A stretch of 61,158 nt of DNA, counting the filler. It is 5 parts of 5 records of this genome, joined end to end, with 100 filler letters (N's around TTAATTAATTAA, not from the genome) between each part and the next. Parts side by side here need not be neighbours in the genome. Positions count along the whole stretch, not along the records: positions 27,639 to 48,644 come from SRR31156797_27694; positions 48,745 to 55,087 come from SRR31156797_27705; 3 more parts are not named here. One strand, written 5' to 3'. The notes beneath the pieces were generated by a model. It worked only from the letters and a program-made list of their open reading frames with translations, ran no database searches and was not told where the DNA came from. A program made the position numbers and the translations under genes. This document shows, one piece after another, positions 39,312 through 48,787 of the stretch. Position 1 is the stretch's first letter; the number at the start of each line of letters is the position of its first letter.

Positions 39312-40354
39312 AAAAAATACTGGTAATAGAAGACGATACGATCATGCGTGAAAATATGGCTGAGATCCTGGAATTGTCCGGATATCAGGTGGAAGTTGCT
39401 GCTAACGGCAAACTGGGTGTGAGCAAGGCAAAATCCTTGCTACCGGATTTGATTGTTTGTGATATTAAAATGCCTGTTCTGGATGGTTATGGTGTGCTTC
39501 ATGTATTGAGCAGAGATCCGAATCTTGCCACTGTACCCTTTATTTTTATAACGGCAAAAACCGAGCGGAATGACAGGCGAAAGGGAATGGAGATGGGAGC
39601 CGACGATTACATCACCAAGCCTTTTGAAGATACTGAATTGCTAAACGCAGTGGAAATTCGCCTGAAAAAAAACAAGATCCAGTCCAAAGAAATGAGGGAC
39701 TCATCTTTGGATGGGCAACAAATTCACAATGTAGCTGGGCTTTATAACCTGCTGAAAAACAAAACAGAGAGCCTGAAAAGAGAATCCTTTAAAAGCAGGG
39801 ACATTATTTTCAGGGCTGATGATTATCCACATTTTCTGTTTTATGTTGAATCAGGTCAGGTTAAAGCATACCGATTTAATGATGACGGAAAAGAATTTAT
39901 TTCACAAATCTATTACGATGGAGATTTTTTTGGATATCAGCCACTTATCGAAGACAGAACGTACCAACAGTTTGCCGAAGCAATTGAGGGTTGTACCATA
40001 CATAAAATCCCAAAAGCGGATTTTCTGGAAGTGATCAGAACCAATAAATCAGCATCTGAGCTGATTGTTGAACTCATGTCAAAGAGTCTGACCCAAAAGG
40101 AAAAAGAACTCTCACGGTTGGCCTACGATTCAGTAAGGAAACGCCTGGCCATCAGCCTCATTGAAATTACAGATCAGTCAGGCGATAACATTACAATTTC
40201 CCGGACTGACCTGGCAGCACTCGTGGGCACAAGTCCCGAAACGTTAGTTAGGTCACTGACTGAGCTAAAAGAGATGAAAATTCTGGAAACCGATGGACAT
40301 ACCATCAAGCTAATAAACCGCAAAGAATTGATTAAAATCAAAAACCTATTTTGA
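39308..40354 (+). CDS. Response regulator with REC, cNMP-binding and Crp/Fnr HTH domains
   Basis: ILVIEDD..CDIKMP..KPF; FYVESGQVK..GDFFG; SRTDLAALVGTSPETLVR. Confidence 0.92.
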   Translation: MKKILVIEDDTIMRENMAEILELSGYQVEVAANGKLGVSKAKSLLPDLIVCDIKMPVLDGYGVLHVLSRDPNLATVPFIFITAKTERNDRRKGMEMGADDYITKPFEDTELLNAVEIRLKKNKIQSKEMRDSSLDGQQIHNVAGLYNLLKNKTESLKRESFKSRDIIFRADDYPHFLFYVESGQVKAYRFNDDGKEFISQIYYDGDFFGYQPLIEDRTYQQFAEAIEGCTIHKIPKADFLEVIRTNKSASELIVELMSKSLTQKEKELSRLAYDSVRKRLAISLIEITDQSGDNITISRTDLAALVGTSPETLVRSLTELKEMKILETDGHTIKLINRKELIKIKNLF

Positions 40355-40394
40355 TCAGCATCATTTTTTAAACTGCGTTTCGCCTGTAGTTTTG
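40328..40394 (+). promoter_or_regulatory. Tandem FNR-like boxes plus Bacteroidota -7 element
   Basis: TTGAT-TAAA-ATCAA (40328), TTGAT-CAGC-ATCAT (40351), TAGTTTTG (40387). Confidence 0.7.
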
Positions 40395-40442
40395 CAATCA
40401 GATTACTTGTCGAAAATTGAACTTATTAAAATATAATTCATT

Positions 40443-41183
40443 ATGAAACGCAGTATAAAAGAACTTACAGAATACAAATTAAGAACCAGAGAAGGAGAAT
40501 CCGCTGGCATCAAAGATTTTTTGTTTGATGAAAAATCGTGGGTGGTACGCTATATTGAAGCAGATTTTGGTTCTTTGTTTAAATCAAAAAAGGTGTTAAT
40601 CCCCAAGGCGTTTTTTGATATACCGAAATGGGACAAAAAAGAGTTTCCGATCGGGTTGTCAAAAGCAGATATCGATAAGTGTCCGAAAATTGAGGACCAC
40701 CTGCCTGTATCAAAAAAGTATGAAGAAGCCATTCATAAGCATTATGATTTAAAACCATATTGGGCAGGCGCATTCACAGACCCAATGGGAGCCGTTTATT
40801 CGCCGCCGGTTAAATTGCCACCTGGTAATACGGTTAAGGAAGATAACCTGGATACGATTCTCCGGAGTTTCAATGAGGTGACAGGATATCATATAAGGGC
40901 AACGGACGAAAAAATTGGGCATGTAGATGATCTGGTTATCGATGACTTAAACTGGCATATCGGTCATGTTGTTATCGACACCGGCAATTGGGTGCCCTGG
41001 AGTAAAAAGGTGATGATTGCTATTCAATGGATCAAAACCATAAGCTATGCTGAAATGCTAATCCAGGTAAATCTACCCGTGGAAACCATTAAAAATGCTC
41101 CGGAATTTGATCCGGACAAAGCCATAGACACTGATTACGAAAGGTTGTTTAACGATTACTTTAGCAAAAGTCTGGTAAAATAA
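40443..41183 (+). CDS. Tandem PRC-barrel domain protein
   Basis: Two repeats: IKDFLFDEKSWVVRYI..KKVLIP and VDDLVIDDLNWHIGHV..KKVMIA. Confidence 0.85.
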   Translation: MKRSIKELTEYKLRTREGESAGIKDFLFDEKSWVVRYIEADFGSLFKSKKVLIPKAFFDIPKWDKKEFPIGLSKADIDKCPKIEDHLPVSKKYEEAIHKHYDLKPYWAGAFTDPMGAVYSPPVKLPPGNTVKEDNLDTILRSFNEVTGYHIRATDEKIGHVDDLVIDDLNWHIGHVVIDTGNWVPWSKKVMIAIQWIKTISYAEMLIQVNLPVETIKNAPEFDPDKAIDTDYERLFNDYFSKSLVK

Positions 41184-41290
41184 CCGACGGTGGTTTTATC
41201 ATATATTCCCGGAAATACAATTACCGGAATTAACACAGCTTATTAATATAAATTGATAAATAAATTTTTTAATATTTAAAATATATAATT

Positions 41291-41575
41291 ATGAATACGC
41301 AAGAATTTAGAAACAAAGCACATCAAATTGTTGATGATGTTACGATGAAAATTGAGAAATTACAACAGAAAAAAACAGCGGATAGTGGACAGTTAGGCGA
41401 AAAGTATAACGAAAAGCTGTTACAACTTAAAAGGCAGAAAGAAGATTTGAAGCTAAAGTATGACAAGCTTAAGAACGCTTCAATGGAGAACTTTGAAGAG
41501 ATGAAGCAAGCCTTTAACAAAAGCGCAACACACTTCAAATCCGGTTTTGCTGAATTGGAAAAAATGATTAAATAA
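41291..41575 (+). CDS. Small coiled-coil hypothetical protein
   Basis: 94-aa charged helical ORF with AT-rich leader and downstream hairpin. Confidence 0.7.
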   Translation: MNTQEFRNKAHQIVDDVTMKIEKLQQKKTADSGQLGEKYNEKLLQLKRQKEDLKLKYDKLKNASMENFEEMKQAFNKSATHFKSGFAELEKMIK

Positions 41576-41594
41576 ATCGATCACTCATTTTGCT

Positions 41595-41630
41595 GCCGGG
41601 AGTAAACCTTGTTTTGCTCCCGGTACTTTA
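41595..41630 (+). terminator. Probable intrinsic terminator
   Basis: CCGGGAGTAAA..TTTGCTCCCGG hairpin followed by T-rich sequence. Confidence 0.6.
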
Positions 41631-41721
41631 TTTACACTTGATAATGTGCAAATGAATATGTAGTTTCTGTATATATATTTTGACGTCAAGTGTTGAAACA
41701 TACAAGTTTGGAGGTAATATT

Positions 41722-42135
41722 ATGATTTCTGAAATTTTATTTTCATGGTTTTTTGCTGTTTTCTTTGCCATTCTTTTGGCTAATGTATTTGGGCGTCGCG
41801 GCCCGGGCCCTGCAAACGGGTTGATATTCTTTATGACCCTTATATTTCTGTTTTCCTGGGCAGTAGGTGGCTGGATAACCCCAATGGGTCCGGTTCACTG
41901 GGGAGTATCCTGGCTGGGATATTTGATGGTTGCTTTATTGATTGCCTTGTTGCTGGGGACCTTGTTGCCTGCAGCAAAGACTTCTGGTAAGATCAATCCG
42001 GAAAGAAAATTGACAGACGATGAGTTGTTTCAGCAAAAGGCCAACAATCTTCCTATGGAAATTGGGTTTGGAATATTTTTTTGGCTAACGGTAATTGCAT
42101 TGCTTGGTTTTGCCATCGCAAAAATTTTCTCATAA
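41722..42135 (+). CDS. Hypothetical four-TM membrane protein
   Basis: GGAGG RBS; four hydrophobic segments; GGWITPMGP. Confidence 0.75.
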   Translation: MISEILFSWFFAVFFAILLANVFGRRGPGPANGLIFFMTLIFLFSWAVGGWITPMGPVHWGVSWLGYLMVALLIALLLGTLLPAAKTSGKINPERKLTDDELFQQKANNLPMEIGFGIFFWLTVIALLGFAIAKIFS

Positions 42136-42331
42136 CCATCCATGGCAAGCACAATCGATCAGGTTTTTTGTAATAATGATCGATTTAAATTCCGGTTTTT
42201 ATGTGTTTTCATACACAGCAAAACTATAACATGGAAAATCATAAGAACAAAAAAAAACAGGAATGGGAACATGGAATAATTTTTTCTAATCACTCCCTTT
42301 TTGGCAGGGGATTAAAACTAGCTACTCCATT

Positions 42332-43504
42332 ATGAAGTATTTGGAAAAAACAGAGCGAAACAGGTATGTACGAAAAAGAGACATCACAGCACTGGCACGG
42401 GTGCACGACCAGCACTGTATATCTATTTACCTTCCAAAACCTCAGGTAAGTGACGCAAAGGATAAAAATCTTGGGCGATTGCATCTGAAAAATAAACTTA
42501 AAGAACTCCAGGCAGAGCTTTCACATTATGGATTAAGTCATTCCGAAATCACTGATTATTTGGAGCCTGTATATAAGTTGCAGGAAGATGACAGCCTCTG
42601 GAGAAACCAGCCCGATTGCCTTGCCATATTCTTATGCGATCATACGATGAACTATTTCTTTCTGAATGGTAAATTTCAGGAAGTTTCGTATGTGGCTGAT
42701 CATTTTTATCTGAAACCCATTTTGACACAATACAACGGAAACGGCAGGTTTTTTTTATTGGCATTAAGCCTGGGGGCGGTTGAGTTGTTTGACGGGACCG
42801 CTCATCAAATCACCCCGATTCATGTTGAGGAGTTTTTACCGGAAAAACTGGAAGACGCTGTGGGATATGATTATCAGGATAAATCTCTCCAATTCCGCAC
42901 CGGTCAGGCTGGAACGGTGTTTCACGGGCATGGTGCCGGAAAAGATGATAAAATTATAGAAACAGGGAAGTATTTTAGAGCAATTGACAAAGGCCTGATG
43001 AAAATTCTCAACGGTGAAAATGCCCCGCTGATTTTAGCATGTGTGGATGAACATTACCCCACCTTTGCAAAGGTTACCAGGTATCCATATTTATTTCCGG
43101 AACACATATCCGGAAATGCTGACAACGCAGATTTATCTTCGCTGCACTCCAGAGCATGGAATCTTGTTGAAGAAAGTTTTCGCAAAAACCGGTACAAAGC
43201 AAAGGATGCATTTAAAAATTTATCGTCAGGTGAAAAAACCTCCATCGATTTGAATGATATCATCCCTGCTGCTATCGAAGGCAGGGTGAGAAGTTTGTTT
43301 ATACAGGATGGTAAAGACCGGTTTGGTTTGTATGATAAAACCAACAGAACATTGATGGTAGATGAAAAACCGGGCTCCATGCAGGCTTCTTTGTATAATC
43401 TGGCTGCAGTACATACCTGGTTTCACAATGGTCGTATATTCATCGAAACGGGAAGTGACATGCCATTCCCGGGTAGTGAAATAAATGCTTTGTTCAGGTA
43501 TTAA
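42332..43504 (+). CDS. Bacterial archaeo-eukaryotic release factor (baeRF) family protein
   Basis: CISIYLP, FYLKPIL, FFLLALS, FHGHG, YFRAIDK, APLILA, ISGN, GRVRSLF. Confidence 0.75.
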   Translation: MKYLEKTERNRYVRKRDITALARVHDQHCISIYLPKPQVSDAKDKNLGRLHLKNKLKELQAELSHYGLSHSEITDYLEPVYKLQEDDSLWRNQPDCLAIFLCDHTMNYFFLNGKFQEVSYVADHFYLKPILTQYNGNGRFFLLALSLGAVELFDGTAHQITPIHVEEFLPEKLEDAVGYDYQDKSLQFRTGQAGTVFHGHGAGKDDKIIETGKYFRAIDKGLMKILNGENAPLILACVDEHYPTFAKVTRYPYLFPEHISGNADNADLSSLHSRAWNLVEESFRKNRYKAKDAFKNLSSGEKTSIDLNDIIPAAIEGRVRSLFIQDGKDRFGLYDKTNRTLMVDEKPGSMQASLYNLAAVHTWFHNGRIFIETGSDMPFPGSEINALFRY

Positions 43505-43570
43505 TGATAAATGTCAAGTCCTGATATTGATATTTATCATTTCGTGTGGCATATAATTCTGATTCCTTTG
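43504..43570 (+). promoter_or_regulatory. Tandem FNR-like boxes plus degenerate -7 element
   Basis: ATGAT-AAAT-GTCAA (43504), TTGAT-ATTT-ATCAT (43527), TTCCTTTG (43563). Confidence 0.65.
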
Positions 43571-43630
43571 CATAAAATAAATTATTAATCTAAGGTAGTT
43601 TAATTAACATAAAATAATAAAATATAAGTC

Positions 43631-43918
43631 ATGAAGGATTATCACGAGTCAACAAGCGATCTGTCAAAAAAGACCAAAGATTTGGTGCGGGCACTCAACT
43701 CATTAAAAGAAGAGATTGAAGCAGTGGATTGGTATGAACAACGTATGGATGTTGCCAACGATAAGCAGCTGAAGAAAATTTTGAAGCATAATCGCGATGA
43801 GGAAATGGAACATGCCTGTATGATGCTGGAATGGCTGCGCCGAAATATGGATGGATGGGATGAGCAGTTGCATAAATATCTGTTTACCGATAAAGATATT
43901 TTAAAGGTAGAAGATTAG
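43631..43918 (+). CDS. Encapsulin-associated ferritin-like protein (EncFtn/Flp)
   Basis: RALNSLKEEIEAVDWY..HNRDEEMEHACMMLEWLRR..YLFT. Confidence 0.92.
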   Translation: MKDYHESTSDLSKKTKDLVRALNSLKEEIEAVDWYEQRMDVANDKQLKKILKHNRDEEMEHACMMLEWLRRNMDGWDEQLHKYLFTDKDILKVED

Positions 43919-44081
43919 TAGCGTGATTATCGCCTGGTAATTGAATATTAATTGTAGTGTTTTTCGGGATATAAGATAGCAGTGAACAATTAATGTACTT
44001 GCCGCAGTAGATGTATTGTCTTTATTACTCCTGAAACATAAAAACTGAAATCGTATATTAATTTTAAAACAAGCATATAAA

Positions 44082-44888
44082 ATGGATATTTTCAAAAGAG
44101 ATATGGCTCCGGTTTCGGAGCAGGCCTGGAAAGAAATAAATGAACAAACTCATAGAGTGTTGGACAATTTTCTTACTGCAAGAAAATTTGTGGATATTGA
44201 TGGTCCCAATGGCATGGATTTCGGGGCCGTGTCCACAGGCCGGCTTACCATACCTCCCAATCAACCCATTGATGGGATAAATTATGGTATCCGCCAGGTA
44301 GTTCCGCTGATTGAAGCCCGGATGCCTTTTCAATTGGATATTTGGGAACTGGATAGCATAAACCGGGGTGCCGGGGATGCAGATCTGGATGCACTTGATG
44401 CTGCTGCCAGGGAAATGGCCAGGTTTGAAGAAGATATTGTATTCAATGGCCTGGAGCAGGATGGGATAAAAGGGTTAACCAATAGTTCCAAATATGATCC
44501 GGTGGAATTGCCTGAAAATGCCGCAGATATCCTAAAATTTATTGGTGCACAAATAAACCGTCTGCACCGCAATTCGGTGGAAGGGCCCTACACACTCATC
44601 ATTGACGAAGACTATTGGCTTGATTTGATCAATCTCAATAATGGATACCCCATTATAAAACAATTGGAAGAATTGTTAACGGGTCAGATTATCGTGAATA
44701 CCAATAGTGGTAATTCTTATCTGGTATCCGAAAGAGGAGGCGATTTTGAGCTTGTAATCGGGCAGGACAATGCTGTTGGTTACCAATCACACGACAGCGA
44801 TAAAGTAAACCTTTTCCTCACCGGATCCTTCACGTTCAGGGTATTGGGGCCTGAAGCTGTAGTTGTACTTAAGTCTAAATCTAAATAA
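44082..44888 (+). CDS. Family 1 encapsulin shell protein (Linocin M18)
   Basis: MDIFKRDMAPVSEQAW, ARKFVDIDGP, WELDSINRG, RGGDFELVIGQD. Confidence 0.95.
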   Translation: MDIFKRDMAPVSEQAWKEINEQTHRVLDNFLTARKFVDIDGPNGMDFGAVSTGRLTIPPNQPIDGINYGIRQVVPLIEARMPFQLDIWELDSINRGAGDADLDALDAAAREMARFEEDIVFNGLEQDGIKGLTNSSKYDPVELPENAADILKFIGAQINRLHRNSVEGPYTLIIDEDYWLDLINLNNGYPIIKQLEELLTGQIIVNTNSGNSYLVSERGGDFELVIGQDNAVGYQSHDSDKVNLFLTGSFTFRVLGPEAVVVLKSKSK

Positions 44889-44899
44889 ATCGAAACATC

Positions 44900-45571
44900 A
44901 TGAAATCACATAAAGTAACAATTCTTGAAGCCTTTTTTGTAACCCACGATGTAAAAAGTTTTATTGTGGAGCGGCCGGAAAACTATGACTTTAAACCCGG
45001 CCAGGCTACCGAAGTGGCCATTAATAAACAAGGCTGGGAAGACAAAGGCAGGCCATTTACCTTTACCAGTTTGCCTGAAGATAAGTTTCTTCAGTTTGTC
45101 ATCAAAACCTACCCATCGCACGATGGAGTTACCAATGAGTTGCTAAAACTTGATGTTGGTGATGAATTGATTTTGCATGACGTGTTTGGAGCAATTACTT
45201 ACCAGGGAAAAGGTAGTTTTATTGCCGGAGGCGCAGGTGTAACACCCTTCATAGCCATATTAAGGAAACTGCAAAAAGATGGCGGCCTCATTGGGAACAG
45301 GTTGATTTTTGCCAACAAAACCCGCGATGACATCATCCTTGAAAAGGAGTTTGCCGGCATGTTGGGCAGGAACTTTATCAATATTCTGTCAGACGAAAAG
45401 GCGGATGGATACCATCATGGTACGTTAAACAAGGAATTTCTGGAGAAACATATCACTGGCCATACCGGCAAATTTTACGTTTGTGGCCCGCCGAAGATGA
45501 ACGATGCTGTGGTGAATCATTTAACCGACCTGGGAATTCCTGATAGTTCCATCGTTTTGGAGGAGATGTAA
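44900..45571 (+). CDS. FAD/NAD(P)-binding ferredoxin/flavodoxin reductase-like protein
   Basis: FKPGQ, RPFTFTS, IAGGAGVTPF, YVCGPP. Confidence 0.92.
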   Translation: MKSHKVTILEAFFVTHDVKSFIVERPENYDFKPGQATEVAINKQGWEDKGRPFTFTSLPEDKFLQFVIKTYPSHDGVTNELLKLDVGDELILHDVFGAITYQGKGSFIAGGAGVTPFIAILRKLQKDGGLIGNRLIFANKTRDDIILEKEFAGMLGRNFINILSDEKADGYHHGTLNKEFLEKHITGHTGKFYVCGPPKMNDAVVNHLTDLGIPDSSIVLEEM

Positions 45572-45688
45572 TGGTTTTGATGCTTTTATGATGGTTTCTA
45601 AAACCCAATAGTTAAGAAACAAATAAATCATAATTCATACCATTTAAAAAACTGAAAATATATTATTAACCTAAATTGAAATATAGTA

Positions 45689-46120
45689 ATGAATACACAA
45701 AAAGTAACAATTCAAATAATTGCAATGATGATTGTAATTGCCGGAGTAATTTCCTGCAATGAAAATAGAAGTAAAGATAACGAAAACAATTCGGTTGCTG
45801 AGGAAGTAGAGCAAGCCGGTGATAAAATCAAGCAGGAGCAAAAGGCACTAAAAAAAGAATTAAGCGATGCTATTGCTGATTTTAACAGCAAAGTTGATGA
45901 GTTTGAGAATGAGCTTGAGGCTCAGAATGAGGAAATGGGTGAGGAAGCCGAAAGGTCCCTCCAAAAGTTAGCGGAACAGCGTGATGAACTCATGCATGAG
46001 CTGGATGAAATTGGAGATGAATCCAGGCAGGGCTGGGATGATTTTAAACGAAAAGTTGAAAAACAATCTGAAGATTTCACCCAAAGTGTGAAAGATTTTT
46101 TTGAAAAAGAAAACCAGTAA
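45689..46120 (+). CDS. Coiled-coil lipoprotein
   Basis: ISC lipobox, acidic helical body. Confidence 0.75.
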   Translation: MNTQKVTIQIIAMMIVIAGVISCNENRSKDNENNSVAEEVEQAGDKIKQEQKALKKELSDAIADFNSKVDEFENELEAQNEEMGEEAERSLQKLAEQRDELMHELDEIGDESRQGWDDFKRKVEKQSEDFTQSVKDFFEKENQ

Positions 46121-46277
46121 TCCTCCTTCAATATCAATGGCAATGCTACCGTATTTTTATGATTCGGGAAGCATTGCTTTTTTTTTGCTATCATCCGGTT
46201 GTTTTGTAAAAATTTGCCCGGATGCATATATCCAAATTCATCTGGCCACAAATGAATAATACTGAAAGGGACCTGCT

Positions 46278-48320
46278 ATGAGTAACCAAAATTCAAGTCA
46301 AAGCAACAATGGTCATCATGACCATAACCATCATGATCATAACAATCACGACCATAATCATCATGATCACCATGCCATGATGATTAAGGATTTTAAAAAG
46401 CGTTTTTGGATCTCACTCATCATCACCGCTCCAATTCTTCTGTTGTCGCCCATGATTCAGCAGTGGTTGGGGTATGGGTTTTCGCTAACCGAAAGGTTTG
46501 ATCAATACCTCCTTTTTGCACTTTCCAGTTTGGTTTACTTTTATGGTGGATGGCCATTTTTAGCCGGTCTGGTTGACGAGCTGAAAAAGCGGCAGCCAGG
46601 CATGATGACGCTCATTGCCGTTGCCATAACTGTTGCGTGGGCTTATAGTTCAGCTACAACATTCGGGCTCGAAGGGAGTACTTTTTTTTGGGAGCTTGCC
46701 ACATTGATCGACATAATGTTGCTTGGCCACTGGATCGAAATGAAGTCGGTAATGGGAGCTTCACGATCATTACAAAAATTGGTTGAATTGATGCCCAATA
46801 AGGCACACCTGATTAGTGGAGACGAAACAAAAGAAGTGAAGGTAAATGAACTATCAGAGGGAGACCTTGTGCTGGTGAAACCTGGTGAAAAGATACCCGT
46901 TGACGGTCGGATAGAGGAGGGGGAAAGTCATGTTAATCAATCCATGGTGACCGGTGAATCCAAAGCTGTAAAAAAAATGAAAGCAGATAAGGTGATTGGG
47001 GGCACGATCAACGGTAATCAATCCCTTAAAATTGAGGTTGAACAAGTTGGTGATAAAGCATATCTGAGCAGAGTGATCAATATGGTGCGCGATGCACAGG
47101 ATGAAAAATCAAAAACACAACACCTGGCCGACCGGATCGCATTCTGGTTAACGCTGATTGCGCTCAGTGTTGGTTTTGGAACATTGGCTACCTGGCTCGT
47201 ACTGGGCAAGCCGCTCGTATTTGCCCTGGAACGTATGGCCAGCGTTATGGTGATTACCTGCCCACATGCACTGGGGTTGGCAGTACCGCTGGTTGTGGCT
47301 ATCTCAACAACAGTGTCGGCTCAAAAGGGGTTACTCATTAGAAACAGGACAGCCTTCGAGAATTCCCGGAAAATTACCCTGCTGGCATTTGATAAAACCG
47401 GAACCCTTACCAAAGGAAATTTTGGCGTTTCGCGAATCGGGACTGCTGGTAATACTTACTCCGAAAAGGAAATCCTGAGATTTGCCGCTGCTCTGGAGCA
47501 GGAATCGGAACACCCACTGGCTAAGGGGATTTTGCAAAAAGCTGAAGATGAAAACATAGAACTTCCAGGTATAACAAATTTTAATGCCATCACAGGTAAA
47601 GGGATTGAAGCTGAGATTGACAACCAGCATGTAAAGGTTGTAAGTCCGGAGTATGTGAATGAAAATGATATGCACATGCCCGATGATTCCATGGCAAGCA
47701 ACCAGGAAACAGTCGTATTTGTATTAGTGGGGGAAAAGATTGCCGGATTTTTAGCCCTGGCGGATGAGATCCGTGATGAATCTTATGAGGCCATTAAGGC
47801 GTTGAAAAAGGGTGGCCTGAAGTTGTATATGATGACCGGCGATAACGAAGATGTTGCAAAAAGCGTTAGTGAAGAACTTGACCTTGATGGATATTATGCC
47901 GGAATATTACCCGATGAAAAGCTGGAAAAAATAAAATCCTTTCAGCACGACGGCGAGTTTGTTGCCATGACCGGCGATGGCATTAATGATGCTCCGGCCC
48001 TGGCAAAAGCAGATGTGGGTATTGCTATTGGATCGGGCACAGATGTAGCTGCAGATACTGCTGACATAATTTTGGTGAATAGTAATCCGGGAGATATTGT
48101 TGCACTGTTAGATTTTGGGAAAGCAACCTATAAAAAAATGATCCAGAATTTCATTTGGGCTACCGGGTACAATTTAATTGCCATTCCGCTTGCAGCGGGT
48201 GTATTGATAGGTGCAGGTATTGTTATCAGTCCGGCGGTAGGTGCCATTTTGATGAGCTTGAGCACCATTGTTGTTGCGGTGAATGCACAACTGCTAAAGC
48301 GAAAATTGAAGGTAATGTAG
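46278..48320 (+). CDS. copB: Copper-translocating P1B-3 ATPase (CopB-like)
   Basis: His-rich N-terminus, TGES, CPH, DKTGT, GDGINDAP, YN and MSLS. Confidence 0.9.
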   Translation: MSNQNSSQSNNGHHDHNHHDHNNHDHNHHDHHAMMIKDFKKRFWISLIITAPILLLSPMIQQWLGYGFSLTERFDQYLLFALSSLVYFYGGWPFLAGLVDELKKRQPGMMTLIAVAITVAWAYSSATTFGLEGSTFFWELATLIDIMLLGHWIEMKSVMGASRSLQKLVELMPNKAHLISGDETKEVKVNELSEGDLVLVKPGEKIPVDGRIEEGESHVNQSMVTGESKAVKKMKADKVIGGTINGNQSLKIEVEQVGDKAYLSRVINMVRDAQDEKSKTQHLADRIAFWLTLIALSVGFGTLATWLVLGKPLVFALERMASVMVITCPHALGLAVPLVVAISTTVSAQKGLLIRNRTAFENSRKITLLAFDKTGTLTKGNFGVSRIGTAGNTYSEKEILRFAAALEQESEHPLAKGILQKAEDENIELPGITNFNAITGKGIEAEIDNQHVKVVSPEYVNENDMHMPDDSMASNQETVVFVLVGEKIAGFLALADEIRDESYEAIKALKKGGLKLYMMTGDNEDVAKSVSEELDLDGYYAGILPDEKLEKIKSFQHDGEFVAMTGDGINDAPALAKADVGIAIGSGTDVAADTADIILVNSNPGDIVALLDFGKATYKKMIQNFIWATGYNLIAIPLAAGVLIGAGIVISPAVGAILMSLSTIVVAVNAQLLKRKLKVM

Positions 48321-48344
48321 CACTGCTGTTATTTTTGTTTGAGT

Positions 48345-48559
48345 TTTTTCTGTAGTAGTTTTCGGATATTTTTCTTCTTTTCTGTCCTCGGAACTGATTA
48401 AATAACCTTTTTCAGCGTATATCAAAACCCAAGGTTTGTGACCTGTGTGAATTTTGATTTTCCGGCATTATGCTCCTTAATTCGGTTGTCAATATTTTTA
48501 GTCATGCCGACATAATGTTTTCCACTCGATAGAATTTTGAGTACGTAAACAGACCACAT
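48345..48559 (-). pseudogene. Frameshifted small GIY-YIG nuclease
   Basis: MWSVYVLK..KHYVGMTKNIDNRIKEHNAGKSKFT, frameshift near 48445, then GHKPWVLIYAE..RKEEKY in the other frame. Confidence 0.75.
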
Positions 48560-48571
48560 TTCAATAGAATT

Positions 48572-48605
48572 AAAAAAAGCCACATCAGTTTCCCGAAGTG
48601 GCTTT
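48572..48605 (-). terminator. Terminator downstream of the tRNA
   Basis: AAAAAAAGCCAC..GTGGCTTT hairpin with a minus-strand T tract. Confidence 0.65.
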
Positions 48606-48610
48606 GATTA

Positions 48611-48644
48611 GTAGTCCGTAGGGGAATCGAACCCCTGTTACCAG
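48611..48644 (-). tRNA. 3' part of a tRNA, probably tRNA-Glu (truncated by contig end)
   Basis: Reverse complement CTGGTAAC-AGGGG-TTCGATT-CCCCT-ACGGACTAC; anticodon not visible, identity inferred from resemblance to Bacteroidota tRNA-Glu. Confidence 0.75.
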
Positions 48645-48744
48645 NNNNNNNNNNNNNNNNNNNNNNNNNNNNNNNNNNNNNNNNNNNNTTAATTAATTAA
48701 NNNNNNNNNNNNNNNNNNNNNNNNNNNNNNNNNNNNNNNNNNNN
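48645..48744. other. Artificial contig spacer
   Basis: N-run, TTAATTAATTAA, N-run. Confidence 0.99.
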
Positions 48745-48787
48745 TATTGATCACTTATTTACTGTGATTGGTATTATTACTCGTCGA

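Noticed and set aside
46312-46374. CATGATCAT/CATAAC tandem-like repeat
   Set aside because: Encodes the normal His-rich N-terminus of a CopB-type ATPase
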